From positions 1 to 30,183 of IMG/VR virus record IMGVR_UViG_3300032330_000609: 30,183 nucleotides of DNA; one strand, written 5' to 3'. Positions 20,500-28,112 of this stretch are shown here, one piece after another. Both the position numbers and the translations under genes were made by a program. Every line of letters starts with the position of its first letter. Position 1 is the first letter of the stretch. Origin of the DNA: a virus. Lineage: Duplodnaviria > Caudoviricetes. Under the pieces are notes generated by a model that did no database searches, had not been told where the DNA came from, and saw only the letters and a program-made list of their open reading frames with translations.

Positions 20500-21477
20500 T
20501 TAGCCTTTCTTAGCGCGAGACACAATTGCCTCGAACTCGTCGATTAGGGTGGTTGGTTCTGCAGATTCCTTGATGTTACCTACTACGGCAGCAGCAGGTG
20601 CAGCAGCCTCAGCGACAACTTCACCGCGGATTGCAGTTGCGTAAGCAACTTCTTCAGCGATTAGTTCATCTACAGTCTTGGTGTTTGACTCAGACTTCAT
20701 TGACTCTGCTACACGAGTTAGCGCAATCTTTGGTAGTCCTGATTCGTTGAATTTCTCAGCAACTTCAACTGGGTCAAGAGCAGGGGTTTCCTCGCCCTCA
20801 ATTTCCTCAGCCGGCTTTGCAGCCTCAGCAAGAATCGAAACTGATTCTACAACTGGGGTGAGTGCCTCAACGAAGGCAGCCTTGAGTTCAGCAATTGCTG
20901 ACTCAAATTCTTCCTTTGTAATAGACATATTTCCTTCTTCTTCTAGTGATTCGTCAACGAATGTCAACGCTTCATTTGATTTGTAACTTTCGAGTAGCGA
21001 GATAAACTTGCCACCTGCTCCAGCCACAGTTACCACATCGACACTTGTAAGCGGATCTGCCACAAGTGATTCAACGATCGGTCCTTTTCGCCCATCGGCT
21101 TCGCCCATTTGGGCATTACCGAGAGCATGAATTGATAGACCCACATCGCCAGCCATCTCTTTGATGATTGGTGCGTAGTGTGAGTAAAATTGCACATCAG
21201 CGTAAAGCGACTTATCGCTCTCGTTGAAGGTTGCATCAGAAACAAGTTTTCCAGCCAACTGGTGAACATCGCGTTCTGGGCGGTCATTAGCCTCGCCTGC
21301 AGATGGGTGGTTCATGAATACCTTTGTGCCAGATTTGAAAACCTGTGGCCCGTATTCCTTAAGCATGTCTGCGCCATAATAGCCTGAAGATCCCCAACCG
21401 GCTTCGATAACTTTAATGCGCCACTTGTTACCAGATTCGCTGGCGTTAAAGCCAACAGATTCATCTAGTCTACGCAT
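20500..21477 (-). CDS. Capsid maturation protease fused to scaffold; probable start ATG 21477 (MRRL)
   Basis: IEAGWGSSGYY, FMNHP, VGLSI and SVDVVTVAGAGG motifs, then an acidic helical C-terminus; GGAG RBS before 21477. Confidence 0.82.
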   Translation of the reverse strand: MRRLDESVGFNASESGNKWRIKVIEAGWGSSGYYGADMLKEYGPQVFKSGTKVFMNHPSAGEANDRPERDVHQLAGKLVSDATFNESDKSLYADVQFYSHYAPIIKEMAGDVGLSIHALGNAQMGEADGRKGPIVESLVADPLTSVDVVTVAGAGGKFISLLESYKSNEALTFVDESLEEEGNMSITKEEFESAIAELKAAFVEALTPVVESVSILAEAAKPAEEIEGEETPALDPVEVAEKFNESGLPKIALTRVAESMKSESNTKTVDELIAEEVAYATAIRGEVVAEAAAPAAAVVGNIKESAEPTTLIDEFEAIVSRAKKG

Positions 21478-21534
21478 AATACTCCAAGGTTGGAAACAAA
21501 ACAATTGCTATTAGTAATAATAGCACAAGCGTTT

Positions 21535-22995
21535 TTAGTTCTTACCCTGATCTGCGTTGCGCGCTGAATTATTGTCAGTTACCGATCCAACTTTTCCACT
21601 AACACCCTGTGATGGAACTACAGAACTAGTATCCGGGTTCGCATCATTTGACTTCGTAGCGGCATACTTCGAGTTATTTGGAAGCATTACGCCATTAGGT
21701 GCAGATGAATCAGTCTCAACGATGTCAAGAATATCTACGATTGCAGCGCGGTATTCATCTTCGTTCAAGATGCCAGACTCCCATGCCATAGCAAGTGCCT
21801 GAACCATGCGGTGAGTAGGCTCAACCTCAATTGAAGGCCAAGTAACGCTGATGTTATCTGGTGCGCCAGAAAAGCGTAGTAGACGCTTGAAGAATAGTGA
21901 CCAAACATTCTGGCGAGCCTGCATTGCCTTCATAGTTGGAGTATCTAGGGTCTGTGCAGTTCCGTATGAACCAGATGAAGATGGGTCTGCAAGAAGCGCC
22001 ACAATTGAAACTTCCAAACCAGAAGCAATCATTGCTGCGAGTGACTTGCCAGATTCAAAGTCATAACCAGAGCCACGAGTCATTGGGGTTAGATCTACAT
22101 CTGCGCCCATAGCAGCAGTTGCACCAACACGATTTTTACCACCATCAGCAACTGCAATCTTTGCAGCAGCGTTGTTCACTCCGGCACGAGACTTAGCCGA
22201 TACCTTGTAGGCAAACTGGGCTAGAGCCTTGGTCATGATTGAACCATTCTCAAGGTATTCGCGATATAGTCGCGCCCAAGCCAATACTGACAGGGCATCC
22301 GGCACACCGAAGGTCCAGCCAACCTGACTATTGAATGCTTGGTGAAACATGACATAGCCAAGATCTACTTCATCATCCGAGCCTGTGCTGCTCTTTAGTC
22401 TGCGCGACTTAGGCATTTCGTCTGGGTAAGAATCGGTGTAATACCACTTGCTTACGATCTGGCTAGTGCCATTTGAGAACATGCGATTCCATGTTCTACG
22501 GATAGCCCAGATAACTTCATTGTTATCCGGGTCAGTCATAACGCCGCTAATTTCATTTAGCGGAACACGCATAAACTGTTGGTCTGCAACGCGACCAAGC
22601 ACGAAAACATTGCCATCTGTATAGGCAGCAAGTTCTAGTTCTTCGAATGCCATGTGTGAGAACAAAGCGCGCTCATTTACTGGCGAAGATAGTTTATTCT
22701 TGACACGAGCCGATAGTTTTGGAAGATTAAAGCCGCGAGACCATACATAAGAAGAACGCAATTTGTAGCCACGCTTGATTAGCGGGTTGCCCACTGCCAT
22801 CTCGCGAATCTGCTCAGATGCGCGCTTTAGATCAAATAGGTTCATTCCAGAGAACTCAATCTCGTGGATTGTTGACCAGCCCTTATTATCGAGCATCATC
22901 GAAACATTGTTCAATGATTCGTGTAATTCGAGATTTTCGAGTTCTAAGCGCGAAAACTTCTCATTTAGGGCAGTTAAGTCTAGATTTTCTTCCAT
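21535..22995 (-). CDS. Portal protein
   Basis: 486 aa right after the terminase; NPLIKRG, DGNVF, FGVPD and VTWPSI motifs. Confidence 0.88.
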   Translation of the reverse strand: MEENLDLTALNEKFSRLELENLELHESLNNVSMMLDNKGWSTIHEIEFSGMNLFDLKRASEQIREMAVGNPLIKRGYKLRSSYVWSRGFNLPKLSARVKNKLSSPVNERALFSHMAFEELELAAYTDGNVFVLGRVADQQFMRVPLNEISGVMTDPDNNEVIWAIRRTWNRMFSNGTSQIVSKWYYTDSYPDEMPKSRRLKSSTGSDDEVDLGYVMFHQAFNSQVGWTFGVPDALSVLAWARLYREYLENGSIMTKALAQFAYKVSAKSRAGVNNAAAKIAVADGGKNRVGATAAMGADVDLTPMTRGSGYDFESGKSLAAMIASGLEVSIVALLADPSSSGSYGTAQTLDTPTMKAMQARQNVWSLFFKRLLRFSGAPDNISVTWPSIEVEPTHRMVQALAMAWESGILNEDEYRAAIVDILDIVETDSSAPNGVMLPNNSKYAATKSNDANPDTSSVVPSQGVSGKVGSVTDNNSARNADQGKN

Positions 22996-23013
22996 AATGC
23001 TTATTTTAGCATG

Positions 23014-24546
23014 CTAAATTGGCATTCCGCGGCGATCATCCATCTCCATGAGTTCCCATGGATCATATGAGACCATGCTGCCAACTTCAAGTTCCGCGTA
23101 TGGATTATTTATCAGCGCATCAATTTCGGCGCAGGCGTAAACTGCAGCATCCAGATTGTCAGGAGACTTCATGCCGCGTGAGCGCATATCATCCTTAGAT
23201 TCAATCTGAATTCCACCCTTTGGCGAGAACTTAAACTTAATCATTAGCATTTCATCAAGCAATTTTTCGTCATTTGGGTCAATGTCGAGTGTGCTAGTCT
23301 GCATTTTCTCGCGCATCTGGTCATAATAAAGCGCACGAGCGTTTAGCCAGCGCAAAGTATCCGGTGAGCGCCCAGAACCAATCATGGCGATTACCTTGTA
23401 TGGCTTGCGATCGTATGAACTATCATTCATCAAGATATCAATAACACCAGCACCAATACCAGAGCCGTCAATACGGATTTCGGTAGCCATTAGGTCTAGC
23501 GCAGCCCTGTGGATGCGCCCGGCTGTCTCAGTAAGCGTTACCTTGTTCCAAGTGCTGTGCAAGCGCAGTCTGCCACCGCGATTCACATAGATCGAGTTGT
23601 AGTCCTCACCCATGCGCGCGATGTCCACACCCAAGATACATTCCTTCTCAAAATCCTCTGGAATATCTGCATCAACCGACTTATCGATTGCGGTCTGGGT
23701 GAAGAACATAGAGTCTGATTCTTCTGGGAACTCCGCAAGAATCTTGCTCTTAAAGCGGCTAGATTCCTCTCCCCATTGAATCTTCATATCTTCTACCCAT
23801 TGTGGCTGTGGTAGCAGTGCGCTCAAATGTTCAGATACAATCTCGCCAGTAAAGTTCGGAGTATCGTGAACCGAGATAGTCATACGATTCCAAGTCGAGT
23901 CCTCGCGCTTGAAGATCTTGCCAAAAGCACTCTGGTAATCATCTGGGTTAGCAATTGCCAAGATGCGACAGTTGGCAGCAGTTGTGTTTACTTCGGCCGC
24001 GGTAAAGATCATCTCCGGGCAACCCACTGCCTCGTCAATCAGAAATAGCACACCATCTGGGCGGTGCAGACCCTGAAAGGCAGACATATCCATGTCAGCA
24101 GGGCGGCGACCAAATGCTACCTGCTTCTCGATGATTCGCTTATTACCCTTTTCATCAATACCCTCAACCGGAATCTTCCATTGATCATCTTGGGTAATCT
24201 TGCCAGCCAGACCATGCTCTACGAAGTGCTTACGGACTTCTTCCCAAAGAATGTTGTGAACCTGATTGTAAGTAGGTGCAGTAGAAACTACGAGCGAGTT
24301 TGACCCGCGTGTAGATACCCACCAACATGCTGCGATGCCCATCGTGTATGACTTGCCTGTCGAGTGCGCGGATTTGACGGCAGTTCGCTTATTGTTAGCA
24401 AGAGACCGTAGCATTTCCTTTTGCTTGGAATATAACTCCGCGCCCAATACTTCTTCAGCCCAAAGAACCGGATCGTTAAAATATACTTCGTTCTTTGACT
24501 TTTTGCGGAGAATCTCCAGCGCCCCATCGATAACTTCATCAAGCAT
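23014..24546 (-). CDS. terL: Terminase large subunit
   Basis: Walker A KSAHSTGKS, TAPT..Q, Walker B LFLIDEA, RNase H-like GVDIAR and SPDNLDA. Confidence 0.95.
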   Translation of the reverse strand: MLDEVIDGALEILRKKSKNEVYFNDPVLWAEEVLGAELYSKQKEMLRSLANNKRTAVKSAHSTGKSYTMGIAACWWVSTRGSNSLVVSTAPTYNQVHNILWEEVRKHFVEHGLAGKITQDDQWKIPVEGIDEKGNKRIIEKQVAFGRRPADMDMSAFQGLHRPDGVLFLIDEAVGCPEMIFTAAEVNTTAANCRILAIANPDDYQSAFGKIFKREDSTWNRMTISVHDTPNFTGEIVSEHLSALLPQPQWVEDMKIQWGEESSRFKSKILAEFPEESDSMFFTQTAIDKSVDADIPEDFEKECILGVDIARMGEDYNSIYVNRGGRLRLHSTWNKVTLTETAGRIHRAALDLMATEIRIDGSGIGAGVIDILMNDSSYDRKPYKVIAMIGSGRSPDTLRWLNARALYYDQMREKMQTSTLDIDPNDEKLLDEMLMIKFKFSPKGGIQIESKDDMRSRGMKSPDNLDAAVYACAEIDALINNPYAELEVGSMVSYDPWELMEMDDRRGMPI

Positions 24547-24881
24547 TATTCTCCAAGTAGGTATTCAACTAATTCTGGATTATCGCGAAGGACCATTACC
24601 ATCGGTTCTTCATAAAGCCCTATGAAGTAATGCTCCCAGTCTAGAAACTCTGTAGACTTGCCCGGCTTGAATGAACCGCCGAAGGTAGATAGAATAGCAT
24701 GCATTACTTCGTGTAATAGTGTTGTGCGCTTCATCTGCACAGTGAGTTCGGCATCGATTATGATTGTGCCGTCTTTGTAGTTGGTGAAGCCGTAGTGATC
24801 ATCAGCCGCATGCTTGCGCTTTTGCTCGGAGACTTCCCAGACCTGCGAGCCAATCTTTATCTTGCTAGGTAACTTAGTCAT
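24546..24881 (-). CDS. Small HExxH zinc metallopeptidase-like protein (ImmA/IrrE-like fold)
   Basis: YGFT...IIIDAEL...TTLLHEVMHAIL; translationally coupled to terL. Confidence 0.75.
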   Translation of the reverse strand: MTKLPSKIKIGSQVWEVSEQKRKHAADDHYGFTNYKDGTIIIDAELTVQMKRTTLLHEVMHAILSTFGGSFKPGKSTEFLDWEHYFIGLYEEPMVMVLRDNPELVEYLLGE

Positions 24882-25380
24882 GCATACCTTCCGCGGCTAG
24901 TTCATACTTAGCCTTCACGAGACCTTCGTGTGCCAACTTATCAATCTCGCCCTTTTCAATCTCTGGAAACTTCGCGGTGAGTTCCTTCTTGACATGCTCA
25001 AGGGCCACATCAAAGGCGCGACCCATAATCTTAGCCTGATGCTCGGTTACAAGCGAGACATCAATATCCAACTTCTTACTCTCTGCATCAAGGCGCTGCG
25101 CAATGGCCTGTAGAGTTTGCAGCAAAAGTCGTGCGTGTTGTGGGTCTTTAACATCCATAGCGTTTTGCTTGAGCGAGTCTTTGAGTTCATTTAACTCGAG
25201 CAGTAGCAACTGCCGGCGCTCCAACTCGGTCCAGATATCACGATTCTGGAGCATGCGCTTAACATGCACAACGGCCTGAGCAGCGTTGATACCAGTTTGG
25301 CGCTCCATCTCCTCGCCTGATGCTCCACCCGCTGCTAGGCGCAGCAGGAGTTCATCTAGGACATTTACTTCTTTAGGCAT
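24874..25380 (-). CDS. Probable terminase small subunit
   Basis: 168 aa, helical, with an N-terminal HTH-like segment (GASGEEMERQTGINAAQAVVHV); two genes upstream of terL; synteny-based. Confidence 0.55.
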   Translation of the reverse strand: MPKEVNVLDELLLRLAAGGASGEEMERQTGINAAQAVVHVKRMLQNRDIWTELERRQLLLLELNELKDSLKQNAMDVKDPQHARLLLQTLQAIAQRLDAESKKLDIDVSLVTEHQAKIMGRAFDVALEHVKKELTAKFPEIEKGEIDKLAHEGLVKAKYELAAEGMHD

Positions 25381-25565
25381 TCATCAACCTTTGCTTCAAT
25401 CTCATTTAGGCGCTTTTCCAAGTAGTAGTAGAGAGCGTCAATCATCTCTTGCGCTGATGGCACAGGTGTAGTAGGTTCAGATAGTTCTTCAGGAGCGTCT
25501 GCGATTCCGCGAGACGAACTTGATTTTCCAGAAAAACCTATTGAAAAATTTTTTAGGTCAGGCAT
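25365..25565 (-). CDS. Hypothetical protein
   Basis: 66 aa, overlaps both neighbours in an operon-like way. Confidence 0.6.
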   Translation of the reverse strand: MPDLKNFSIGFSGKSSSSRGIADAPEELSEPTTPVPSAQEMIDALYYYLEKRLNEIEAKVDECLKK

Positions 25566-25779
25566 TATCGAGACTCTCGCTTGCTATGAATTCTTTGAAT
25601 GCATCTGCACCGATGGCAACGATGTCCCAGAGTTCGGCATCATGTGGCGCTTCAAAGAACACGACAACATCGTCATGCTTGAATTGCCAGACTACTGTAT
25701 GCAGGTCTGGATCTGGATCGACAAGACTCAACTCAAGAGCAACCGTCTTGCGAAATCCCAAACTAAGTAAAAAGGTCAT
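25558..25779 (-). CDS. Hypothetical protein, probably leaderless
   Basis: 73 aa; TATGAT lies 6 nt before the ATG. Confidence 0.6.
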   Translation of the reverse strand: MTFLLSLGFRKTVALELSLVDPDPDLHTVVWQFKHDDVVVFFEAPHDAELWDIVAIGADAFKEFIASESLDNA

Positions 25780-25813
25780 AACTTAATCATAGTATGTGTG
25801 ATTAAATAACAAG

Positions 25814-25865
25814 ACCCCGGCCGTTTGATCGGTTCTCAAAAGAACTACAGGGACGGTTCCGGGGT
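25814..25865 (-). other. Long irregular hairpin after tRNA-Trp (terminator or extra small RNA)
   Basis: Nested stems ACCCCGG/CCGGGGU, CCGU/ACGG and GUUCU/AGAAC, followed by a U-rich tract. Confidence 0.5.
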
Positions 25866-25870
25866 ATCAG

Positions 25871-25941
25871 CACCGCCACTAGGAATTGAACCCAGTCCAA
25901 CGGGTTTGGAATCCGTTGTGCTTCCGTAACACTTTGGCGAT
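25871..25941 (-). tRNA. tRNA-Trp (CCA); 3' CCA not encoded
   Basis: Acceptor AUCGCCA/UGGCGGU, D arm GUGU/GCAC, anticodon loop UU-CCA-AA, T arm CUGGG-UUCAAUU-CCUAG, discriminator G. Confidence 0.88.
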
Positions 25942-25948
25942 TCAGCGA

Positions 25949-26022
25949 GACCGAGTGAAGGACTCGAACCTTCCATCTTCCCTAAGTTGGTTGGGATGTG
26001 ATCACCCATTCACCTACTCGAT
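25949..26022 (-). tRNA. tRNA-like element with an aberrant anticodon arm (identity undetermined)
   Basis: Acceptor AUCGAGU/ACUCGGU, D arm GUGA/UCAC, T arm GAAGG-UUCGAGU-CCUUC; the anticodon arm UCCCAACCAACUUAGGGA is 18 nt and has no U33. Confidence 0.7.
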
Positions 26023-26032
26023 CTGCGAATCT

Positions 26033-26041
26033 AGTATAGCA
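26033..26041 (-). promoter_or_regulatory. Extended -10 promoter for the tRNA/late region
   Basis: TGcTATACT, 10 nt upstream of the tRNA-like element. Confidence 0.65.
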
Positions 26042-26153
26042 CTAAAAGTCAAAAAATGGTGAAATAGAACATACGGTTCGTAGATTGCCGCCAACTCGCG
26101 AATTCGCTAAAAAAACGATTTCTTTGCCCGCGATTCCAAAGCTGCGAGCGCGC

Positions 26154-26187
26154 AAAAGCCCGCCGAGTTGTCTAGTCTCGGCGGGTC
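26154..26187 (-). terminator. Intrinsic terminator after the amidoligase gene
   Basis: GACCCGCCGAG/CUCGGCGGGCU stem followed by a U run. Confidence 0.85.
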
Positions 26188-26203
26188 TGCGCTCCGGTCT
26201 GGT

Positions 26204-27139
26204 TTAGCGGGTCTTGCGAACTTGGAGCAACTGCCACGCTTGCGCGAAGGTCTGCGCCTGTTCGAGCCAAAGGGTCGTTGCATTGGTCTTGGCGAACTCG
26301 ACAATTTGCATTAGCAAAATCGCCCAAGCGCGAATTTCGGCGGTCGAGTTTGTTCCGGCGTGCTGTCTAAATTCGATGGTCTGCGCGGTGCGGTATCCAC
26401 GCGCTCCGGCAAAGTGTGGCGCGGTGTTTACGGCGTAATACTTCTCTGTGCTTTCGGCTTCGAATTGTAGGCGGTGCGCTTGGCTGTCGCTGTTCTTCTG
26501 CGCGTAGTAAGTTCCGGCGCGCTCGGCGATAGGGTCGAGAATGTGCGACATCGAGCGGTAAACGCGGATAACATTTGCAAGGTCGCGAGCGGTTAGGTCT
26601 GCGCTTCCTAGGTGAATGTGAAGCCCGCAAGTGTCGTTTATTTCGACATCCGCCAAGCCCGCTAGGTCTAGCGCTCCAAGGTGTTGCGGGTGCGTGCCTT
26701 CGCAATAGGTTGCCGGCTTTATCTCTTGGTAATCGCCCGCGCCGTTGCACTCACTATTCCCGCAGTCGTGTTCTGGGTCATCGTTGTAATCTCCGCAGTT
26801 GTCGCAGTTGCACTCATGATAGGTGCAACTTCTGCACTCGCACTCGCACTCATCGCTCCCGTTCTCGCGACTAACCGAGCCGTCTCCGCAGAAGGCGAGA
26901 ATGTCGCGCGGGTCGTTGTGTTCTCCCATGATCTCGATAAGTTCCGGTGTCTGCTGGCGGTAGTTTGCGCCTAGGTTCATGTGAATAGTGTCTGCGTCTG
27001 GTGTCTCAATTTCGAAAGCCCAAGTGCGAGCGGTTGCGGTCGGCTCGGCAGTTGCCAAGTCTTGCGCGAATTTGTCGAACTCGGCACGAATAAAGGCGCT
27101 CTGCTCGCGGGTGCTAGTGAATTTTGGTGCTTTTTGCAT
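26204..27139 (-). CDS. Putative amidoligase (COOH-NH2 ligase, glutamine synthetase fold, Amidoligase_2-like) with a Cys-rich insert
   Basis: WAFEIET, DGSV, QEIK, INDTCGLHIHLG, KYYAVN and TIEFRQHAGT motifs in family order. Confidence 0.88.
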   Translation of the reverse strand: MQKAPKFTSTREQSAFIRAEFDKFAQDLATAEPTATARTWAFEIETPDADTIHMNLGANYRQQTPELIEIMGEHNDPRDILAFCGDGSVSRENGSDECECECRSCTYHECNCDNCGDYNDDPEHDCGNSECNGAGDYQEIKPATYCEGTHPQHLGALDLAGLADVEINDTCGLHIHLGSADLTARDLANVIRVYRSMSHILDPIAERAGTYYAQKNSDSQAHRLQFEAESTEKYYAVNTAPHFAGARGYRTAQTIEFRQHAGTNSTAEIRAWAILLMQIVEFAKTNATTLWLEQAQTFAQAWQLLQVRKTR

Positions 27140-27163
27140 GGTCGTTTTCTTTCTTTTGTCGGG

Positions 27164-27319
27164 TTATTTGGTGCGGTGAATGTAGCGGATAAGGAGCGCG
27201 CAGATTCCAAGCGGAATAAGTGCGCCGAGCGGTGCGAGTAGCGCGCCGATGATTTCGGCAAGCGCGCAAAGTGCGAGCAAGCCGAAGGCGATTAGTAGTG
27301 CGGTTGCGGTCGTTTTCAT
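27164..27319 (-). CDS. 51-aa two-TM membrane protein, leaderless; not in the ORF track
   Basis: MKTTATALLIAFGLLALCALAEIIGALLAPLGALIPLGICALLIRYIHRTK*; ATG 6 nt after TAGAAT; stops 24 nt before the amidoligase start. Confidence 0.78.
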   Translation of the reverse strand: MKTTATALLIAFGLLALCALAEIIGALLAPLGALIPLGICALLIRYIHRTK

Positions 27320-27325
27320 GGTTCG

Positions 27326-27355
27326 ATTCTAGCCGATTTTGCACCTTCTATGCAA
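27326..27355 (-). promoter_or_regulatory. SigA-type promoter for the membrane protein-amidoligase operon
   Basis: TTGCAT-N18-TAGAAT-N6-ATG with an A-rich upstream tract. Confidence 0.75.
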
Positions 27356-27410
27356 GCCAATTCGAGCAATTTTGCAAACTTTTTTTATTTTATTTTCTGG
27401 CGTGTCGCTA

Positions 27411-27440
27411 TTGACTAAACCCGCTCCGGCATGGTATAAG
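27411..27440 (+). promoter_or_regulatory. Possible rightward promoter into the non-coding region
   Basis: TTGACT-N18-TATAAG with a TG extension, preceded by GGCGTGTCG. Confidence 0.5.
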
Positions 27441-27471
27441 CGCGAGCTGCAACCGGTCGAGCCGGTGCAAG

Positions 27472-27490
27472 TTAGGTAAGCCTTACTTGA
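27472..27490. promoter_or_regulatory. IdeR/DtxR-like iron box
   Basis: TTAGGTAAGCCTTACTTGA matches TWAGGTWAGSCTWACCTWA at 17 of 19 positions. Confidence 0.7.
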
Positions 27491-27543
27491 CTACCTTCAA
27501 CCCTAGGTCGAGGGTTTCGCGCTCGCGGGGTCGGTTCAGCCGG

Positions 27544-27598
27544 CTCTCAGGAAACTCTCAGGAAACTATCAGGCAGCTTGCAGGATCTTCTCAGGGTC
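27544..27598 (+). repeat. Five tandem 11-bp units with a CAGG core; MprA/OmpR-family-like boxes
   Basis: CTCTCAGGAAA CTCTCAGGAAA CTATCAGGCAG CTTGCAGGATC TTCTCAGGGTC. Confidence 0.75.
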
Positions 27599-27634
27599 AA
27601 AAATGCCTATTTCCCGCGCGTGTGCGTGCGCCAG

Positions 27635-27811
27635 CGCGAATTCCCAAATGTTGCCCGCACCGGCGCGAATTCCCAAAATACGCAGGTGTGCCTAGCGCCC
27701 GCGAATTCCTAAATGGCAGGGATGTATTGCGTTGTGCCTAATGCGCGAATTCCCAAACACGATCTTTATCCATACCGCGAGCGCGGTGCATACACAGCGC
27801 GAATTCCTAAA
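27635..27811 (+). repeat. Five 14-bp direct repeats CGCGAATTCCYAAA with unique spacers
   Basis: Starts at 27635, 27664, 27700, 27744 and 27798; spacers of 15, 22, 30 and 40 bp. Confidence 0.92.
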
Positions 27812-27837
27812 TAAAGGAGCGCGCGTATCCGCGAGCG

Positions 27838-27867
27838 CGTATAGCACAAACTAGGATGGTCTGTCAA
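27838..27867 (-). promoter_or_regulatory. Possible leftward promoter into the repeat array
   Basis: TTGACA-N18-TATACG with a TG extension; the -10 lacks the final T. Confidence 0.45.
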
Positions 27868-28018
27868 GTGTTTTTCGAATAAATCTTTTTTGCAAATGAA
27901 CTTGCGTATGTCGCAATAGTATGCAATCATGTTCTTACGGCGATGAAGCCGGCGCGTGAGTATCCTGTAAATATCTCTCCGCGCATGTTGGTCGGTATCC
28001 CCCATACTCGACTAACTC

Positions 28019-28058
28019 GGGTGCTTACTCTTTGCTTGGTCGTTTCGAGTAAGCACCC
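28019..28058. other. Perfect 12-bp inverted repeat (hairpin)
   Basis: GGGTGCTTACTC (28019-28030) / GAGTAAGCACCC (28047-28058). Confidence 0.7.
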
Positions 28059-28083
28059 CCCAAAAATTTTTCATCGAATCAAC

Positions 28084-28112
28084 TTGACATAACATTTTTA
28101 TTCGATTAGACT
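28084..28112 (+). promoter_or_regulatory. SigA-type promoter for the amidotransferase
   Basis: TTGACA-N17-TAGACT, followed by an AAGGAG RBS. Confidence 0.8.

Noticed and set aside
26067-26079. LexA SOS box (GAAC...GTTC)
   Set aside because: The spacer is 5 nt rather than the required 4, and the flanks match poorly.
26107-27344. Alternative-frame and antisense ORFs over the amidoligase and the 51-aa gene
   Set aside because: Expected by-products of GC-rich sequence overlapping better-supported genes.
27635-27811. CRISPR array
   Set aside because: Repeats are only 14 bp, spacers vary from 15 to 40 bp, and no cas genes are present.
27487-28005. ORFs 27487..27741 (+) and 27766..28005 (-)
   Set aside because: No convincing RBS; Arg-rich translations of repeats and regulatory DNA.
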